From: Felis catus | Lineage: Eukaryota | Direction of reading: 5' to 3' | Assembly (NCBI RefSeq): GCF_018350175.1 | Contig: NC_058368.1 | Location: 161,574,001 to 161,638,000, forward strand | Length of the DNA: 64,000 nt | In this document: in pieces, positions 37,636 to 51,150 of the stretch | Layout: each line of letters begins with the position of its first letter | Numbering within the stretch: position 1 is the first letter of the stretch | Made by a program: the position numbers and the translations under genes | The notes under the pieces: generated by a model | Databases searched by the model: none | What the model was told of the DNA's origin: nothing | The model's input: only the letters and a program-made list of their open reading frames with translations

Positions 37636-40210
37636 ACTTACTTACATTGTAAGTCTGATGCATACAAAGACAAAACATTCACCTAAAAATGGCTCATACT
37701 TATTTATGAAAGGAAGAATTTATTCTCACTACATTTTCCTAGTCAATTTATATATTTGAATGTTTTATTAACTTTTTTTTTTCAGTGAAGTCTAAGAGGT
37801 AAAATAATGTCTGTTCCTGAGAGTAGAAAGCAACTGGGGTATAACTAATATGGTCTTCTGGGAGTAACATTTTAAACATGGATTTTCTTAAGCAGTCAAT
37901 ATTCTTTTAATATTAGATAACTTCAGATTTTTATGATTTCAGTGTTCTGTGACCAACCAACCAGAAGCTTTCTTAAAGAAAAATGCCAAAGCTGGTAGGT
38001 TCCAAGAAAAACATACAGTTGGACTATGAGGGAAATTGCTTCCAATTCAGCTAATACAGCATTAGGCTCTGTTAAGGGATGTAATGGCTGTCTTGATTAT
38101 TAATGGCCATGTGGATGCTTCCCTGCTTTAGAAGAATTGGGTAAGTAGAAGATGAAGTCATTTTCTAAAGCTTGGCCCACTGCCCTGCATTCTCTTTATT
38201 CTGACTGTTCAGACCGTGGGCACAGAGTAGCAAGAAAGGAAGTGAGATGCTGACATGAAAAATGGGGTTAATGAACCACATAGATGAATAATACAAACAA
38301 AACCGTTTCAGCAAAGTAGAGTTTGCATCTTTTGCTCCATAAACAATGAGTATACACTCTAGAAATTAGCCAGCTTTTAAAATTTAATTAATTTGAAATG
38401 TTAAGTGGATCATAGGTATCTACTTCCATGTTGAAGGCTGCAAGGAAGTTAATCATCAACAGAACTTCTGGGAAAGGGAATTTTTCTGCATCCAGGAAAT
38501 TCTCACACATGGGAAATTTTCACATGATTTTAGTAGTTTGAAGTAGGGTCTAAAACACTCCTTTACATAATCCTATAATTAAGGCATTCTATGCCATACT
38601 TTTCTGCACAATTATTCAGAAAATATTCAGGAGGACTACTGATATCCTAACTACATAAATGATAGAAATATAGTTTTTTTAAAATATATAGTATATTTGG
38701 AGAATTAAATGCTTATGAAGAAGGACTGAAAGAATGTTTCAAGTAAGACATCTTCCCCTTGGCTAGAATTGTTTTCAGAATTTCTGTTCTATGGGAAATA
38801 TTATGTCCAAATCACACTTTAATTTTCTGAATGAACATATCTCTTTAAAGATGTGCAAGTGTGTTAGAGTAACTCTCTTTGCCCAGCCAAGGCCCCTAAA
38901 ACAATGGCTTATTCCTGGTATGCATTACCTACCTACCCACCCCCCACCCCCACCCCGACTGGGTGAAAAACAGCTACCTCTCCAGTTTGGTTATTCCAGA
39001 TCATCTTCTCTCAGAGAGAAATTTCCTGTTTGATCCTAAACAAATTATCTAAAGAAAGCTTCCAAGCCAGTGGTAATCAGAAATTAAATAAATAAATAAA
39101 TAAAAACAAAAAAGCCAGCTCTCTACCATCTTGCACTCTTTTCTATCAGTCTGGAGAGTGTGTTTGTGTGTTTCTAATTTATACAGCCTACGGTGAGGGA
39201 GGTGATATCCTTTCAAGGGGACCACATGCAAGTTTATGCCACAGGGGCAGGTGCCCACAAAGGTTAACAATTGCCCTCACTCTGTGATGCTAAAATGTAA
39301 CTGCCATTCTCCATCTGCAAATCCTGTCTCCCTGTGGTTCCTGTTCTCAGAGAAATGTTACTAAAGCTTGGCGGTAACTGCTTACAATAGAGCTGCCCTG
39401 GAATAAACTGAGAAGCTTTATATCCTCCTCACTGGAGAGCATATCACATTTTTTTAGTCTAGGAATAACTATATTTCTACCATAGTCCATCACCTCCTAA
39501 AAAAAAAAAAAAAGAACTACCTATGGATATAGCTCATGTTAGTAAAAGTTAAGATCTCTGTCTTCAATTCGAACAGCTATTTTAAAAATATTTACAATAA
39601 ATTACTAAGAGAGACTATAAATGTATAAACATATTGAATATTCTTTTTGAGAGAGTGTTATAGTTTTATCTTTAAAAGAGAGGACGCCTTCAGAAGTAAG
39701 ACAGTATCTGAGAAAGAGAAATTCTCTGTGGATGTTTTTTTTGGGTTTTCTGTCCTAAAACACATATACTAAAGCACGTGAGCAACTTCTCTGTGTATAC
39801 ATGCAGTGATATTTCTGTTGGTGTCAGGTGTGATGGATTGCTATAGTTTTGCAAAGTCATGCTTTGTGCCTTTATAAAATAAATCATATTTCAAAAAGCC
39901 AGTGACTTTTTTTACAAATGCTTAAATTATGTGAAAGCATGTTATATTAAAGGAATTATGTATATTAAATAATATTTAATGAAGATATTAGAAGATGCAA
40001 GTTTATAATGTGTGTATCTTGGTATCTTCCCTTTCTCAATATCAGAAGATATGTGCACCCCTGGGTGTTTATGTTAATTCCTTAATAATAAAATGTGTTA
40101 AAAGCTATAAAAAATGTTAATGTCTATGTAAACAGTGAGCCCAATTACCTTTTAACTCATTTAGAGATTTGAACTTTTTAAGCTCTTCTCTGTGAAAATG
40201 ATGGTTGCAT

Positions 40211-40420
40211 GGGGCACCTGGGTGGCTCACTCGGTTAAGCTTCCAGCTCTTGATTTTGGCTCAGGTCATGACCTCGTGGTTTATGAGTTCGAGCCCTGCA
40301 TCGAGCTCTGTGCTGACAGTGTGGAGCCTGCTTGGGAGCCTCTCTCTCCCTCTTTCTCTGCTCCTCCCCCTCTTTCTCTCTCTCTCTCAAAAAAATAAAT
40401 AAACTTATTTTTTTTTTATT
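40211..40420 (+). mobile_element. Can-SINE
   Basis: Full body; degenerate TSD tgaaaatgatggttgca / tgaaaactatgattgca. Confidence 0.95.
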
Positions 40421-41006
40421 TGAAAACTATGATTGCAGTGCATTGGGTTCCTACTTCCCTGGACAACTGTCCTGTTAATGGTCTAATAGGGAACAGACTG
40501 CTTTGTGCACTTTCAGGCTTTCAATGACATTTATAAACATATGCTATTTTGTCATTTTGTTCTCTCTGGAGGCACCAGATTATGACTCTCCTGTTCATCA
40601 CTTTATACCCTAGAGACTCGCATAGTTCCTGGCACACAGTAGGTGTTCAGAGCCTATTCAGTGAATGAGAAAAAGAACAAGCATCATCCCATCAGCTGAT
40701 CCCTGAGAGGTTGATAAGTCCACCGCTGTGTGAAGGCATCACTAAATTGAATTCCTTGCTGGCCTTGCAGCAGCTATATCTTCCGTGCATCAATTCCTTG
40801 ACTGCCATCCACGATGGAATCTTTCTGATCATCAGTCTCCTCTCATCTTTTCAGTTAACACAATTTTGTAGTCCCTTTAGCATTACATATCTTTTTTCAG
40901 CCCCTCTGCTTCTAAAAAATCTTCTATGATTTCTGAAATATGCATTCTATGATTAAAAAACACTCATATAATCACAATCACTGTCTAATCAAAGAAAGTT
41001 AGCTTA

Positions 41007-41220
41007 GGGGTCCTTGGGTGGCTCAGTCGGCTAAGCATCTGCCTCTCGATTTCAGCTCAGGTCATAATCTCACAGTTTGTAAATTCAAGCCACACGTCAG
41101 GCTCTGTGCGATGAGCTGTGAGGTCAGAGCCTGCTTGGGATTCTCTCTCCCCGTCTCTCCATCTGTCCCCTGCTCACATATGCTCTCTCGGTCTCGGAAA
41201 ATAAATAAACAAACTTTTAA
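41007..41220 (+). mobile_element. Can-SINE
   Basis: TSD aaagttagctt / aaagttatctt. Confidence 0.95.
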
Positions 41221-41289
41221 AAAGTTATCTTCACTTGTTTCCTTTAACTGACAATGAGTTTACCCTTAAACCATTATTTTCCTTTTCAG

Positions 41290-41370
41290 ACGGAGGACTG
41301 CAACATCTCACACCCTGCTTTCCTCAGTGTTGGTAGAAGGATCGCCATTCTCCTCATTTTCTACTATCAG
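41290..41370 (+). other. Candidate 81-nt spliced exon (product unknown)
   Basis: ccattattttccttttcag| ... actatcag|gtaaga; strong acceptor and donor in non-repeat DNA; no recognisable protein. Confidence 0.35.
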
Positions 41371-41559
41371 GTAAGAAATCCTCCATTCTCATGGAGAAAC
41401 CTTGCTTCTGTGGCTGTAGACATACTGTAAAAGGTTATGTAAGCATATTAATGGTGGAAATCTCAACATGATGGGATTTTTTTCTTTCCTCTGTAATTTA
41501 CTTCATTGTTTGAATTTTTTATAATATGCATGTATTATCTTACCCCTCAAAGGTATTTT

Positions 41560-44245
41560 TCTCTTATTTTTACCAGCTTATTGAGTTGGAAAAACAAAGA
41601 TAACCTTGTATAAGTTTAAGGTGTACATGTTGAATCGATACACATATATTGCAAAATGATTACACTGTAGTGTTAGCTAACACCTTCATGATGTCATAAA
41701 GTTACCATTTCTTTTTTTTGTGGTAAGAACACATGATATTTACTCTTTTACTGACTTTCCAGTATATAATATAGTATTATTAACTGTAACCACTAAACTG
41801 TATATTAGATCTTCAGGCCTTATTCACCTCATAACTGGAAATTTGTACTCTTCAACCATTATCTTTTTATTTCCCTAATCACCAGCCCCTAGTAACGACC
41901 ACTCTATGTTTCCATGAGATCAACTTTTTTAGATTCAACATGCAAGTGAAATCATACATTATTTACCTCTTTTTGTTTGACTTATTTCACTTAGCATAAT
42001 GCCCTCAGGTTTCATACACATTGTTACAAAGGACAGGACTTCCTTCTTTCTCATGGCTGAATAATATTCCACTGTATATACACATACCACATCTTTTATA
42101 TACATTTGTTTCTTGGTGGACACTTAGGTTGTTTCTATATCTTGGCTCTTGTGAATAATGCTGCAGTGAACATGGGAATGCAGGTCTCTCTTTGAGATCC
42201 TGTATTCATTTATTTTGGGTATATACCCAGAAGTGAGATTGCTGGATCATTTGGTAGTTCTATTTTAATTTCTTGAGGACCTCCATCATGTTTTCCAAAG
42301 TGGTTGCACCAATTCACATTCCCACCAACAGTGCACAAGTGTCGCCTTTTCTCTAAGTCCTCACCAGCATTTATTTCTTGTCTTTTTTCTAGTAGCCATT
42401 TTAACAGGTGTGAGATTGTATCTCATTGTGGTTTTGATTTGCACTTCCCTGATGATTTATGATATCGAGCACCTTTACATATATCTGTCAGCCATTTGTA
42501 TCTCTTCTTTGGAATAATGTCCATTCTGTTGCTTGGCTCATTATTTAATTAGATTCTTTCCTTTCCTTTCCTTTCCTTTCCTTTCCTTTCCTTTCCTTTC
42601 CTTTCCTTTTTTCTTTTCTTTTCTTTTCTTTTCTTTTCTTTTCTTTTCTTTTCTTTTCTTTTCTTTTCCTGCTGAAGCATATGAGTTCTTTATACATTTT
42701 AGATATTAACCCCTTTTCAGATACATGATTTGCAAATACATTCTCCCATTCCAAAGGTTGCCTTTTAATTTTATTGATGATCTTCTACTATTCAGAAACT
42801 TTTAGTTTGATGTAGTCTCCCCTGTTAATTTTTGCTTTTGGTGCTTGTGTTTTTAGTACCATATCCAAAAAAATTGCTGCCAAGACCAATGTCAGGGAGC
42901 TTTTTCCTTATATTTTCTTCCAGGAGATTTATGGTTTCAGATTTTATGTTTAAGTCGTTAACTTACTTTGAGTTAATTTTTGTGAGTGTTATAAGATAGG
43001 GTTCCAGTTTCATTCTCTTTTGTGTTGTTTTCCACTTTTCCCACCATTTATTGAAAGGGCTGTTCTTTCCCCATTGAGTATTTTTGGCTCCTTGTCAAAT
43101 ATTAGTTGGCCGTAGTTGAGCAGGTTTATTTCTGTGCTCTGCATTCTATTCCAGTGGTCTGTGTGTCTGTTTTTATGCCACTATCATACAGTTTTGATTA
43201 CTACAGTTTTGTAATATAGTTTAAAGTCAGGGAGTATGATGCCTCCAGCTTAGTTGTTTTTTTCTCCAGATTGCTCTCCTGTGGCTTTCTCATGGCTGGA
43301 AAATCTCCGTCCACCTTAGGTGTGGACACTGCTGTGGAGACCAGTGACAGGGTATGCCTGGGGGCAGGTACACGGCTGGGAGTGGGTAGCTACAGGTTAG
43401 TGTTGTGGTATAGGCCAGTGACAGAGGACAAAGCCTGATCTGAGACCACAAGCAGCTGGAGAGCTGCCTGTTCTCCTGGGGCTGCATGTAAGTACTCAGC
43501 CCCAGTGCGCTTTGGCAATGGGGTGAGGGGTCAAGCACAGGGTTCTAAATTGGCTTCTTGCAATCTAGCAGCCACAGAGGTCTAAACTAGCTGCTGCTGT
43601 GTTTTCTGGGCTCCAGTGGGAACAAATAAAAGGAAGCAGGGAAGGACTCAGGGAACTGGTGTCAGCAAATGAAAATATCTATGGAGCAAAAGCTGATGAA
43701 ATCTTCAGGGTGTCTTTGGCAGCTATGCTGGCTTTTGGTTCCTTCTTCAGTGGCAAAGCTTCTGGATTTATCCATCAAACAGGTCACTGTGAACCTTACT
43801 CCCTCCCACTGCATGGCTACTATTGGTAGCCCCTGCTTTTCTTTCCTGTTTCTAGCTGTCCTTACAAGTCTCAGCTTTTCTGGTCTAGATGAAGTGAAAC
43901 CAAACTGGGACCTTTGTGTGGTGCCCCAAAAGGCTAGAGTAGATGGTAGCTCACCCATTCTTTCTTTCCTCACAAGGGGAACTCATTCTATCTGGGTAGT
44001 ACCTTCTTGGCACTGAGCAATGCCAGCATGGAGGATGAGAGGCTGCTGCAAGATGAAGCTGCCTTCCTTCTCTTCTTAGGCGGTTATTCACAGATTTTTG
44101 TTGCACTGTCTCTAAAATGTCTTGAGTGGACTCCAGAGCTCTCCCAGAGCTGATTTTGTTCACAGATAGCTGTCTAATTGTTGATCTTTGTTGGAAGATG
44201 GAGGCTGGAGTCTCCTGTGTCTCCCATTTTGGGGCTATCACTCTC
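41560..44245 (-). mobile_element. Old LINE-1 (L1MA9-like): 3' part (41560-43275) joined to a 5'UTR-like part (43276-44245)
   Basis: 3'UTR tagcataatgccctcaggtttcatacac; ORF2 C-terminus; distal end tctcccattttggggctatcactc resembles the reverse complement of an L1 5' terminus. Confidence 0.8.
42556..42669. repeat. Compound (CTTTC)n(CTTTT)n microsatellite inside L1
   Basis: Direct read; gives the KRKE ORF at 42545-42754. Confidence 0.95.
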
Positions 44246-44329
44246 AAAAAAACTCCTTTTAAATAAAAGGGCTTCTGGTTCCTGTCTAGCTTATGCTATC
44301 ACATTGTACCATTTTCTACAGGTTTACTA

Positions 44330-46640
44330 GCTTGCCTTGCCACCAGCAATCATGATTCTTGAAAACTCTAGAACCTGGATCACCATCTTCCTTTCTCCTC
44401 CCATTTTTAACATTATGGTAGGTAACTTCAGGAGCCATATGACAGATGCAATCAATATTCTAGCTTTACAATCCATTAATCTCATCTCCTTTCTACCCCA
44501 GTCACGTTTTCTAGAGTCAAAGATCTCATCACCTCGACTTCATCTCTCAAATTATAAATTCAACTATTGTGTGACTTCATACAATCAATCTTCTTTCTTC
44601 CTATCTTTCTCACTCAGTATTCATTGTTAGACCTGATATCTGATACCATCAAAGAATCCAGCTCCTTTGTCTTTCTCCTCTGTCAGACCAGCAATTTCTA
44701 CAGCACAAAATCTGGGGCCTGATTATCTGAGGTAGGGTCCCAGGTCTTCTGATGGCCCTCTATCATCATAATTATTAGTAATATTATGTTTCTAAGTTTT
44801 ATTCAACCTGTATTTTCCCAAATTTTCAATTATTTTACCCTACATTCAGCATCATACCACCTGAAAACCTTAATCTGGGGACAGTCCCAACTAAGCTATT
44901 TAAAGCTGCTAAAGAAATTGCACTAGATTAGTAGTAGATGAGTGTCAGTATAAATTATCATCTCTACATTACCTAGGATACAGTATTGCTGAGAAACCCT
45001 TCTTTACTTTCTCTGACATTGCCTTCAGCAATTGTTTAAAAACTCTTCTCCTTTTTATAACCAGTAATCCTACAATGTCTGAACATCAGTAGTATCTCTA
45101 TTGATTTGAATGTATATGTGTTTAAGTGCCAGTGGTTATAAGTTCATATATGTTTTGTATATGTTTAGGCACCTATTTGTGTGTGGGTTTCTATGTGTAT
45201 CGTTCAGTATGCATAGTTGTAAGCTTATTTCTGTGTGTGTGCTGCTAGGATATTACCTTAAACTTTAGAGAGAAATAGAAGCTATCAATTTATTGCCATC
45301 AAGCTTATAAACCTGCCAGTATCTATTAGTTTTTCTCCTTTCATTTTGTCACACTAGGAGAGTTTATCCTACTGCTAAGTTGAATCCCTCCATCTGAGCA
45401 CAAAATCTTACTACTTTCTCTCCCTCAGGAACCCTATCTTACCAGAAAATTCCTAATGAATTCTATTTTTTTAAGGCAATTAACAGGTATTGTGTCAGAA
45501 AACATGCTCTTTGATCAAATTGGTTTTGGAAAATATTGGAATCATAAAATCAAATAGATTTGTTACAAAATTCATAGAGGCTGTATTAAAATGCCATCAT
45601 ATGTAACGAATGCTCCAAAGGGGATATTATGTAGCATTACTCAGACATAGAATGTGAATCAAGGAATATTATCACAAGAACATTACCACCCCACCTTTGC
45701 TCTTTTTTTCACCATTTCTATTGCCTGTTGAATATGTCTTAGTTTTCGAATCCAAAGGAACCAATAATGAGCCAACTTTTCTTCTCTCTCAGCAATGTTC
45801 TCTCTTTCAGCTTACAGTCAAATGCCACAAAAGAGGTGGGACTCTCACTGTTTCCAAACCTTCCTGAATCTGCCTGTATCTCCACTGCTCAGGTCCCCAT
45901 GGACACTGCCATACAATGGTTAGGACCTTCTGATGTTGTTGAATACTCCTAACTTTTTCAAATATTCCTATCTCTAGAATTTTTTGCCTGACTTTCACTC
46001 CTCAATAACCTTTGGCAATTCCTTCTGTTTTTACACTTGTATGACAATGTTCCTTGAGGTTTTATTGCAAGTGATCTTCTCCCCTCCAATTAGATGCTTT
46101 CTATTTGGATCACTCATCATTTCCCAAGGCTTCATGCAACACTGTATTGATTTGCTAATTTGTATCTTTAACACAGATCCTTCTCCTAAGCTCTATATCC
46201 ATATATATAGCTACCAACTAAACACTCCCACTTGAATGACTCTTAGACACCTAGTGTTCAATAATTTCAAAATTTAAATCATTGCTTCTTGCTCCAAATC
46301 AGCTTTCTTCTAGTTTTCCTATGAAAAACATACTAGGGCTCAAGTTAGCCACTGAGGGTATTGATTTCTCCACCTCTCCTCTCTCTTTACCCTGTTTAAT
46401 CAATTTCAAATTCCTGTCAAATCTACCTCTAATTTATTTTCAAATCCATTATGCCTTTCAATTCCTACTACCAAACCCCTAGTTCAAACCATTGTTACCA
46501 TCAGGTAAATTTCTCGATGCCCGAAACTTGACTCATCCTCCTTGGTTTGGCTCTCTTTGATTTCTTCTTAACTTCACTATCCTGATTAAACTCCTTAAAT
46601 GACTTCCCATTGTTATTGCAAAATAGTAGCCACAGGATCC
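44330..46640 (+). mobile_element. Long degenerate L2 remnants, interrupted by DNA-transposon-like pieces
   Basis: ggtaacttcaggagccatat; ctttagagagaaatagaagctatc; cagatccttctcctaagctctatatccatatatatagctaccaactaaacactcccacttgaatgactc. Confidence 0.65.
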
Positions 46641-47422
46641 TGTAAATTAATCTTCTATTCCTTATTATTTAAAATGTGTACAGTCTATTAGACACCAAGA
46701 ATTCTCTGAATAGAGAAAATTTCAAAGAAACTAGTTATTTTCATCATAAAGAACAAAAAAATCTAGGGCATACTTTTGTTCTGTTACATGTTTTAAAGTT
46801 AAGTAGGTGTTGTTTAGCCAAGATGCACTACCAGGGCCAAAGATGATACTATAGTAATATTCTCCTGTAAGATAGTGGGAGATACATGAGTTCTGGTTAT
46901 TTTGGAGAATAATTTTATAAGGGGGAGGACTGCTCTCCTCTTTCCCTTGCACAAGTGAATAGTTTATAGGTATTACTGTTTTTCTAAGGATTCATCATAG
47001 ACAAATGGCAAAAATAGAATCTCTGAAGTGTCTGGCTACCCATTAGCCTGTAATGACAGTCATGGTCACAGTCTGGACCAAATAGAGAAATATATATGGG
47101 ATTTAATTTGTTAAAAACATAGCCAGTTATTTATTGAGTCGATGGCAGCTTGAACCCTTGGTCATTATAATATTAGTACTAACTATTGATTAATGTATTC
47201 AGTTTCAGTTGGTGACACTTTTGAAACCTTTCAATGACTAAGTGGTAGTCATATAGAAGTATGCTTAATATTATGGAATTAATCAGGATTACAATGTTCT
47301 CTGTGGATAGACTCAGTTTTAAGCAAATGTTTTAAATCTCTGGATGAACTCCTAGTATAGGCAAGACTCACTTCCAGCATCCTTTGTTTCATTCCTTAAC
47401 TTGCAAAATTATTATCCTTTTT

Positions 47423-47626
47423 TTTTTTAAGTCTCTTTATTTTGAGAGAGTGAGAGCATAAGGTGGGTCGGGGCAGAGAGAAAGAGGGGAGAGAAAGAAT
47501 CCCAAGCAGACTCCGCACTATCAGCACAGAGACTGATGTGGGGCTTGAACTCACAAACCATGAGATCATGACCTGAAACAAAACCAAGAGTTAGATGCTT
47601 AACCAACTGAGCCACTCAGGTGCCCC
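47423..47626 (-). mobile_element. Can-SINE
   Basis: TSD tattatccttttt (47410-47422 / 47627-47639). Confidence 0.96.
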
Positions 47627-47739
47627 TATTATCCTTTTTTATTTTTCAAGTTTATTTTTTATTCTCTCCCCAGAAAGAGATCCAGACGCAGAAGAGGAAA
47701 CTATACCTTAACTTCTAGCTCAGCCTCACCTACTCTGTC

Positions 47740-48430
47740 ATGTTTCCCTAATGACCTCCCCAAAACAGTCAATCACACCTCTTGCTATACTACCATACCT
47801 TATAGTTCTCTTGTCTTTGTTCTATTTTTCTTGAATCACAGGGCTGAGATTATTCACCTATCTTACTTCTTCATTAGGATGATTTTCTTGAGGAGATATT
47901 TTCTTCTTATTTGTATCTCCAGAATGTAGCACAGAAAATGACCAGAATAGACACCAAATAATGCTCTTGTATTATATAATTATGCAGAGGTGTTACCATC
48001 TCTAATGTTAAAATGTCACTTATGTATTAATGTTTTCTTGGATCATTGGCCATTTTCTTTTTGAAGGTTGAATAGGTTTACCAAATTAGTTGAACTTGTG
48101 GATTTTTTTTTCTAGTTTTAAAAATAATCCATAGTGTTCATTCATCCTAATTCCTATATATACCTAAAGAGCATTGGTGCTTAGCAAGCACTGTGCTAGG
48201 TACAGGGGATCCAGTGATGAACATGACTGATAGAAGTCCTGTTCCCATACAACTTACAACTCATTAGTCCTGCTCCCATACAACTTATTAGAATAAATAA
48301 CAAACAAATAAATTAAAAATATATAATATTAGCTAATGATAAGGTCAGAAGAAAAACAAAGCAAGGCAATGTAATAGAAAAAGAGTCCAGTTTTACATTA
48401 AGATGATCATGAAAAGGGCTCTTTGATGGG
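47740..48430. mobile_element. L2 3'-end fragments (plus ~47740-47970, minus ~48135-48430)
   Basis: tttgtatctccagaatgtagcacag; caagcactgtgctaggtacaggggatccagtgatgaaca. Confidence 0.7.
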
Positions 48431-49859
48431 ATAGAGAGTTATAATGAAGGTGTTCAGAAATAGGTGAATACATAAGAAAAATAGATATGTGAGCCAACTT
48501 TGAACAGATTAGGAGAAATGCCCTTGTTATAACTTTTATTTTGTAGGTTCTTAGCACATTAGTGGATAAACATACAACAAATAACCTCTTCCCACCAACC
48601 TACACAGACACATACAATGGATGTTACATTATTTCCTTTAATATAAAAATGCTGGCTTTTACAAGAATAGGTCTATGAGTAAGTGTAATTATCTATATAG
48701 CCTTTCAACAGTCCCTGCTTTGCAACATTTAGGTACAGAAAAAATGATGCCCTCTCTGGCAAAACATTATTACATTTCAAGAATCCTCTCTCCTACCATC
48801 ACTAACAAAAACCCTGTATGATTTGCTATGATCACTTATAATTCTCATTAAAAAACATAGCTCTCTGTTCTAAAATGGCAGAGTATGTTTGAATGTTTGA
48901 TTCACAAAAAGAGGCACATATTAATTCACAGGTAGTAACTCTAGGCTACTTTTTTAGTTATTGTATTCAAACAGCATGAGTGTCCTTGGACAAAATAACA
49001 GAGAAACCAGAAAACCAGATATGAAACTCTAATACACAGAGTCAAATAATAGACATTGTTTGATTTTTTTCCTTAATATAGACTATAATTTGGCTTTAGA
49101 GAGTCTCATTAATAAAGTATTTTTACAGACAAGTTAGAAAGGTCGTTTCCTGTAAGTCATTGGAAAAATAAAAAATGAATTCTGTTAACTATAGCTTCCA
49201 TCCATGCATTATATCACCTATATGCCTAGGGAACCAAGAACTGATTAGGGCCCTTCTAAACGGGTCATTAGTTAAGCAGAAGGCATGTGGCTAGGAAAAT
49301 CTTTTACTATTTTTTCAGTAGAATGTTTTCTTAATGCATGAAACAACCTAGGTGACACAATGAGAACAATTTTGACTTTCATTTTATAAAAAGAGGGGGA
49401 AAAAAAGGGGAAGACTTTAAGAGCTGTCATTTAAAAAAAATTTTTTTAAGTTCATGGTTATTCAGAAATAGTCCCTACCTTAATTATTAAGTACAAAGAG
49501 AAATCCATTAGCTAACAAAGAGATGGGATAAATCCAAACTGATTACTTCACAAACACAATTTACCTTAAATCCCGAAAGAACATAGGCAATTTTGTTAGA
49601 TGAACTACCCTTTCTCTCAGGATTATTTTTTTAATTACTTCTGGTTTGACAGATAAATAAGGTCAAAAAAAAAAACTGATGGATTTGTTTATCAGACCTC
49701 AAAGCCATTAAAACAATAATAAATATTTAAAATAGAAACTGAATCATCTTAGTTATGTTAAAGTTCACTTCATGCCTCTTGTGGGAAAGTGTTTACTAGG
49801 TTCCCAGGACATATTTATTTAATTTTTAAAACTTTTATGTAGAAATACTTTTAGCATAG

Positions 49860-50700
49860 TTCCAGTCAATTCAGTTCAAGCCAGAGCAAAAGCTTTTCTT
49901 AAGTACTTACTCTTTAGAAAACATGGTGCTAGATGAATTGTGAGATACGAAGATACTAAGGCTTGACAGCTGGCCTCGGAGGGATCACAATGTAGTATGG
50001 GAGAAAGAAGTTTAAAGCAATTAACCATAAAGTAAGACAAAGTATTAAGTGTTGTGATATAGGTACTACATGACAGGAGAGTATAGTGAAATCAAGAATT
50101 AATTCTGGCTAGAGAAGGAAAAAGATTCCTGAAACGGGTTTTATGCTAATGCTTTTTGAAAAATTCAGATTTTGGTAAGTGAAGGAAACATGAAGACATA
50201 AAAGAGTTAGTTAATGGTGTGGGGAAGCCTGAGCACAGACTGTTCTGGAAGTCAGAATATTGGGAGAGAGCAAGGATGGGATGCACAGGGGTGGAGGCTG
50301 GAATCAGAGTTTGAAGTTAGTTCATGTAGGACTTTCGATGCAAGCCTGAGGAGTTTGGATTCTAAATTCTAAGCAATAGAAAGCCACAAAGCTTTCTTAG
50401 GCAGCTAGTGCCACAATCTGACCTGTGTTTGGGAAGGTAAGTTTGGTAGCAAAGAAAGTAATAGATTGCAGAGGCAAGAAATCCAAATTAAAGACATCAT
50501 ATAATAAAGGGAAACCATAGGAACAGAAAGTATAGAGAATCACAGTCGTGGCAAAGAAAATGTAAGGGAAAGAATAAATTGTGGGAAAGAATCAGTGGGA
50601 TATAGGAGGTGAGAGAAATGAAGGTCGGAAATGACTTTGGCCACTGGAAGGATAATAATGAATTTAAGCAAGATGTAGATTGAGAAGGTTTGGGAAAATC
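49860..50700 (-). mobile_element. Degenerate L2
   Basis: aaacatggtgctagatg...ggcctcggagggatcacaatgtagt...gaggagtttggattctaaattctaagcaatagaaagccac. Confidence 0.65.
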
Positions 50701-50719
50701 AAGGTAAAAAATGTGTTTT

Positions 50720-50900
50720 GGGGGGGGGTGACTCAGTCAGTTAAGCATCTGAACTGATTTCAGTTCAAGTCATAATCTCACCGCTGTGAGATAGAGCTTT
50801 GCATTGAGTTCTGCACTGGTTGTGGAGACTGCTTAAGATTCTCTCTGTCTCTGTCTCTATCTCTCTCTCTCTCAAAAAAAAAGGCTTATAAAAATAAATT
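50720..50900 (+). mobile_element. Can-SINE (older subtype)
   Basis: gggtgactcagtcagttaagcatctga...gtggagactgcttaagattctctct. Confidence 0.9.
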
Positions 50901-50980
50901 TTTTTAAATATAGCAAGCACTTCACATTTTTCTGAAAGTTGGAATGCTCATGATCTAAGAAATCATAAAGATCATCTAAT

Positions 50981-51150
50981 CCAGTGATTCTGAACTATGA
51001 CTGAATCAGATGGGAAGCAGCATTTTAAAAATCCTGGTATCTGTACCCCACTGCAAGAGATTTGGACTTAAGCAGCCTGACCAACCATTCTTTTATTATT
51101 TTTTGAGTCCCCCAAGTGATATTAATATATAGCCAGGTTTAAAACCTCCA
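50981..51150. mobile_element. MER5-like hAT-Charlie MITE
   Basis: ccagtgattctgaact...taccccactgcaagagatttggacttaa...tcccccaagtgatattaatatatagccaggtttaaaacc. Confidence 0.7.

Noticed and set aside
43290..44247. Several overlapping 76-115 aa ORFs
   Set aside because: Explained by the more GC-rich L1 5'UTR-like sequence; no coding signature.
48547..48678. Plus-strand exon candidate (ttttgtag|...tga|gtaagt)
   Set aside because: No homology recognised, weak exonic donor context, and such signals are common in AT-rich DNA.
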